Source: Candidatus Rokuibacteriota bacterium (lineage in GTDB: Bacteria > Methylomirabilota > Methylomirabilia > Rokubacteriales > CSP1-6). Taken from it: a stretch of DNA of 17,685 bases. Below, piece by piece: positions 16,557-17,685 of the stretch. Made by a program: the position numbers and the translations under genes. The stretch's first letter is position 1. Every line of letters begins with the position of its first letter. A model generated the notes under the pieces. The model worked only from the letters and a program-made list of their open reading frames with translations. It searched no databases and was not told the origin of the DNA. The DNA is taken from contig JACPCX010000038.1 in assembly GCA_016184305.1 (NCBI GenBank), positions 1-17,685 on the forward strand, written 5' to 3'.

Positions 16557-16985
16557 TCAGATGTCGATGACCACCTGGGCCCGCCACCCCGACCCGGCCG
16601 GCTCCACGGCGAACCTGTGGAACGTGACGGCCTTCGGGTCCGCCCTGAGCGCGGTGCGCTCCGGATCGATGCTCCCCCCTTCGAGCCGCGCCGCCAGTCG
16701 CCAGGGGCTGGCGGTGGTGACGCGGACCTGGGTCCGGATGAAGACCTCACGGTCGCGATCCTTGAGGAAGATCAGCTCCGAGAGCCAGTCGTAGAAGAGG
16801 AGGTCCACCGCCCCGGCGCCGAGGCTCACCGTGCGCTCGACGGTCGGCGCCACGGTGACCGGGTCCACCATCAGCTCGCAGAGCGCGCGGGCAGCAGTCT
16901 CGAAGAGGTCGTCGAGGCTGTCGCCCTCGACCTCGAGGGCGCAGTCCGCCACCGCGATCTCCTCGAGGACCGTGTAGCGCCCCAC
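16557..16985 (-). CDS. Archease (RtcB cofactor)
   Basis: Probable GTG start 16985: MGRYTVLEEIAVADCALEVEGDSLDDLFETAA...LFYDWLSELIFLKD...KAVTFHRF...AQVVIDI*; adjacent to rtcB. Confidence 0.9.
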   Translation of the reverse strand: MGRYTVLEEIAVADCALEVEGDSLDDLFETAARALCELMVDPVTVAPTVERTVSLGAGAVDLLFYDWLSELIFLKDRDREVFIRTQVRVTTASPWRLAARLEGGSIDPERTALRADPKAVTFHRFAVEPAGSGWRAQVVIDI

Positions 16986-17011
16986 GCCGGGCGCCGCTCG
17001 TGCTGCCGCGG

Positions 17012-17395
17012 CTACCCGGCGGCCTCGGCCATGATCGCTTCCAGCGTCCGCTCCACCTCCTCGGCGACGCCTCGGAGCTCGGGGTTCGGGTAGAGCGCGA
17101 TCATGGCCGTGGGCTTGATGGTGGCGAGCCTGGTGCCGCCCCCCTCCTCGTAGGCCGAGATGCGGCAGGGCAGCGCCGTCGAGATCTCGAGGTTGGCCTC
17201 GAGCACCTTCTTGGCCTGGTGCGGGTTGCAGACCTCGAAGATCCGGCACTGGCGGGCGAACTCCACGCCCTTCTTCGCCATGGTCTCCTGAAGGTCGTGC
17301 ACGCCGAGCACGCCGAACTTGTGGCGGACCACGGCGGCCTCCAGGTCCTTCGAGAGCTGCTCCATGGACTTCTTCGACTCGATGATGTGCAGCAT
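17012..17395 (-). CDS. DUF302 domain protein
   Basis: Start ATG 17395 after AAGGAGG; FGVLGVHDLQETM, IFEVCNP, LPCRISAYE motifs. Confidence 0.9.
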   Translation of the reverse strand: MLHIIESKKSMEQLSKDLEAAVVRHKFGVLGVHDLQETMAKKGVEFARQCRIFEVCNPHQAKKVLEANLEISTALPCRISAYEEGGGTRLATIKPTAMIALYPNPELRGVAEEVERTLEAIMAEAAG

Positions 17396-17421
17396 GGGTC
17401 GCCTCCTTGGGGTGATGGACC

Positions 17422-17685
17422 TCACGCGGCCGCCGGGGCCGGCGCGCTGCCATGCGCCCTGGCCCGGCCGCGCTCGGCCAGGTAGTAGAGCACCGGCACC
17501 GCCATGCGGGAGAGCAGCGTGGAGGCCACCTCCCCCGCCATGAGCGAGATCGCCAGGCCCTGGAAGATCGGATCGAACAGCATGACGGACGCCCCGACCA
17601 CCACGGCCGAGGCGGTGAGCAACATGGGACGGAAGCGCACGGCGCCCGCGTCCACCACGGCCTCGGCGAGCGGCATGCCCTGGCC
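17422..17685 (-). CDS. RND efflux transporter permease subunit (C-terminal part only)
   Basis: [11 protein letters not shown]...[32 protein letters not shown], typical AcrB/CusA-family last TM helices. Confidence 0.88.
   Translation of the reverse strand, partial: GQGMPLAEAVVDAGAVRFRPMLLTASAVVVGASVMLFDPIFQGLAISLMAGEVASTLLSRMAVPVLYYLAERGRARAHGSAPAPAAA

Noticed and set aside
1..17543. Numerous antisense and alternate-frame ORFs (e.g. 1..903+, 606..1799+, 6148..7518+, 11677..13404-, 13616..15463-, 15103..16533+)
   Set aside because: Shadow ORFs typical of high-GC DNA; they overlap well-supported genes and show no recognisable motifs.

Overview
High-GC bacterial window; the gene style is reminiscent of Ca. 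Rokubacteria/Methylomirabilota, but that is inference only. The left two-thirds (1-11368, minus strand) is one long, tightly coupled operon behind a near-consensus sigma54 promoter. In order it encodes: a CYCxC/PCYCGC-family protein with an in-frame TGA at a UxxC position plus an adjacent SECIS-like hairpin (candidate selenoprotein, cut short by the ORF track); a NapH/CcoG-like Fe-S membrane protein; a 4-domain cytochrome c; a 9-heme cytochrome; a Rieske protein; cytochrome b; a triheme c7-type cytochrome; a two-gene CbcL-like module (13-heme cytochrome plus b-type cytochrome); a NapC-like multiheme protein; and a further multiheme protein cut by the window edge. It has 40 CXXCH motifs plus 2 non-canonical ones. 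Two gene remnants missing from the ORF track and a 3x63-bp tandem repeat lie inside it. A divergent ZraS/ZraR-like two-component system (Met-rich sensor, sigma54 activator) probably controls it. The right end holds the tail of an RND permease, DUF302, archease and rtcB, with a REP-like palindrome before rtcB.
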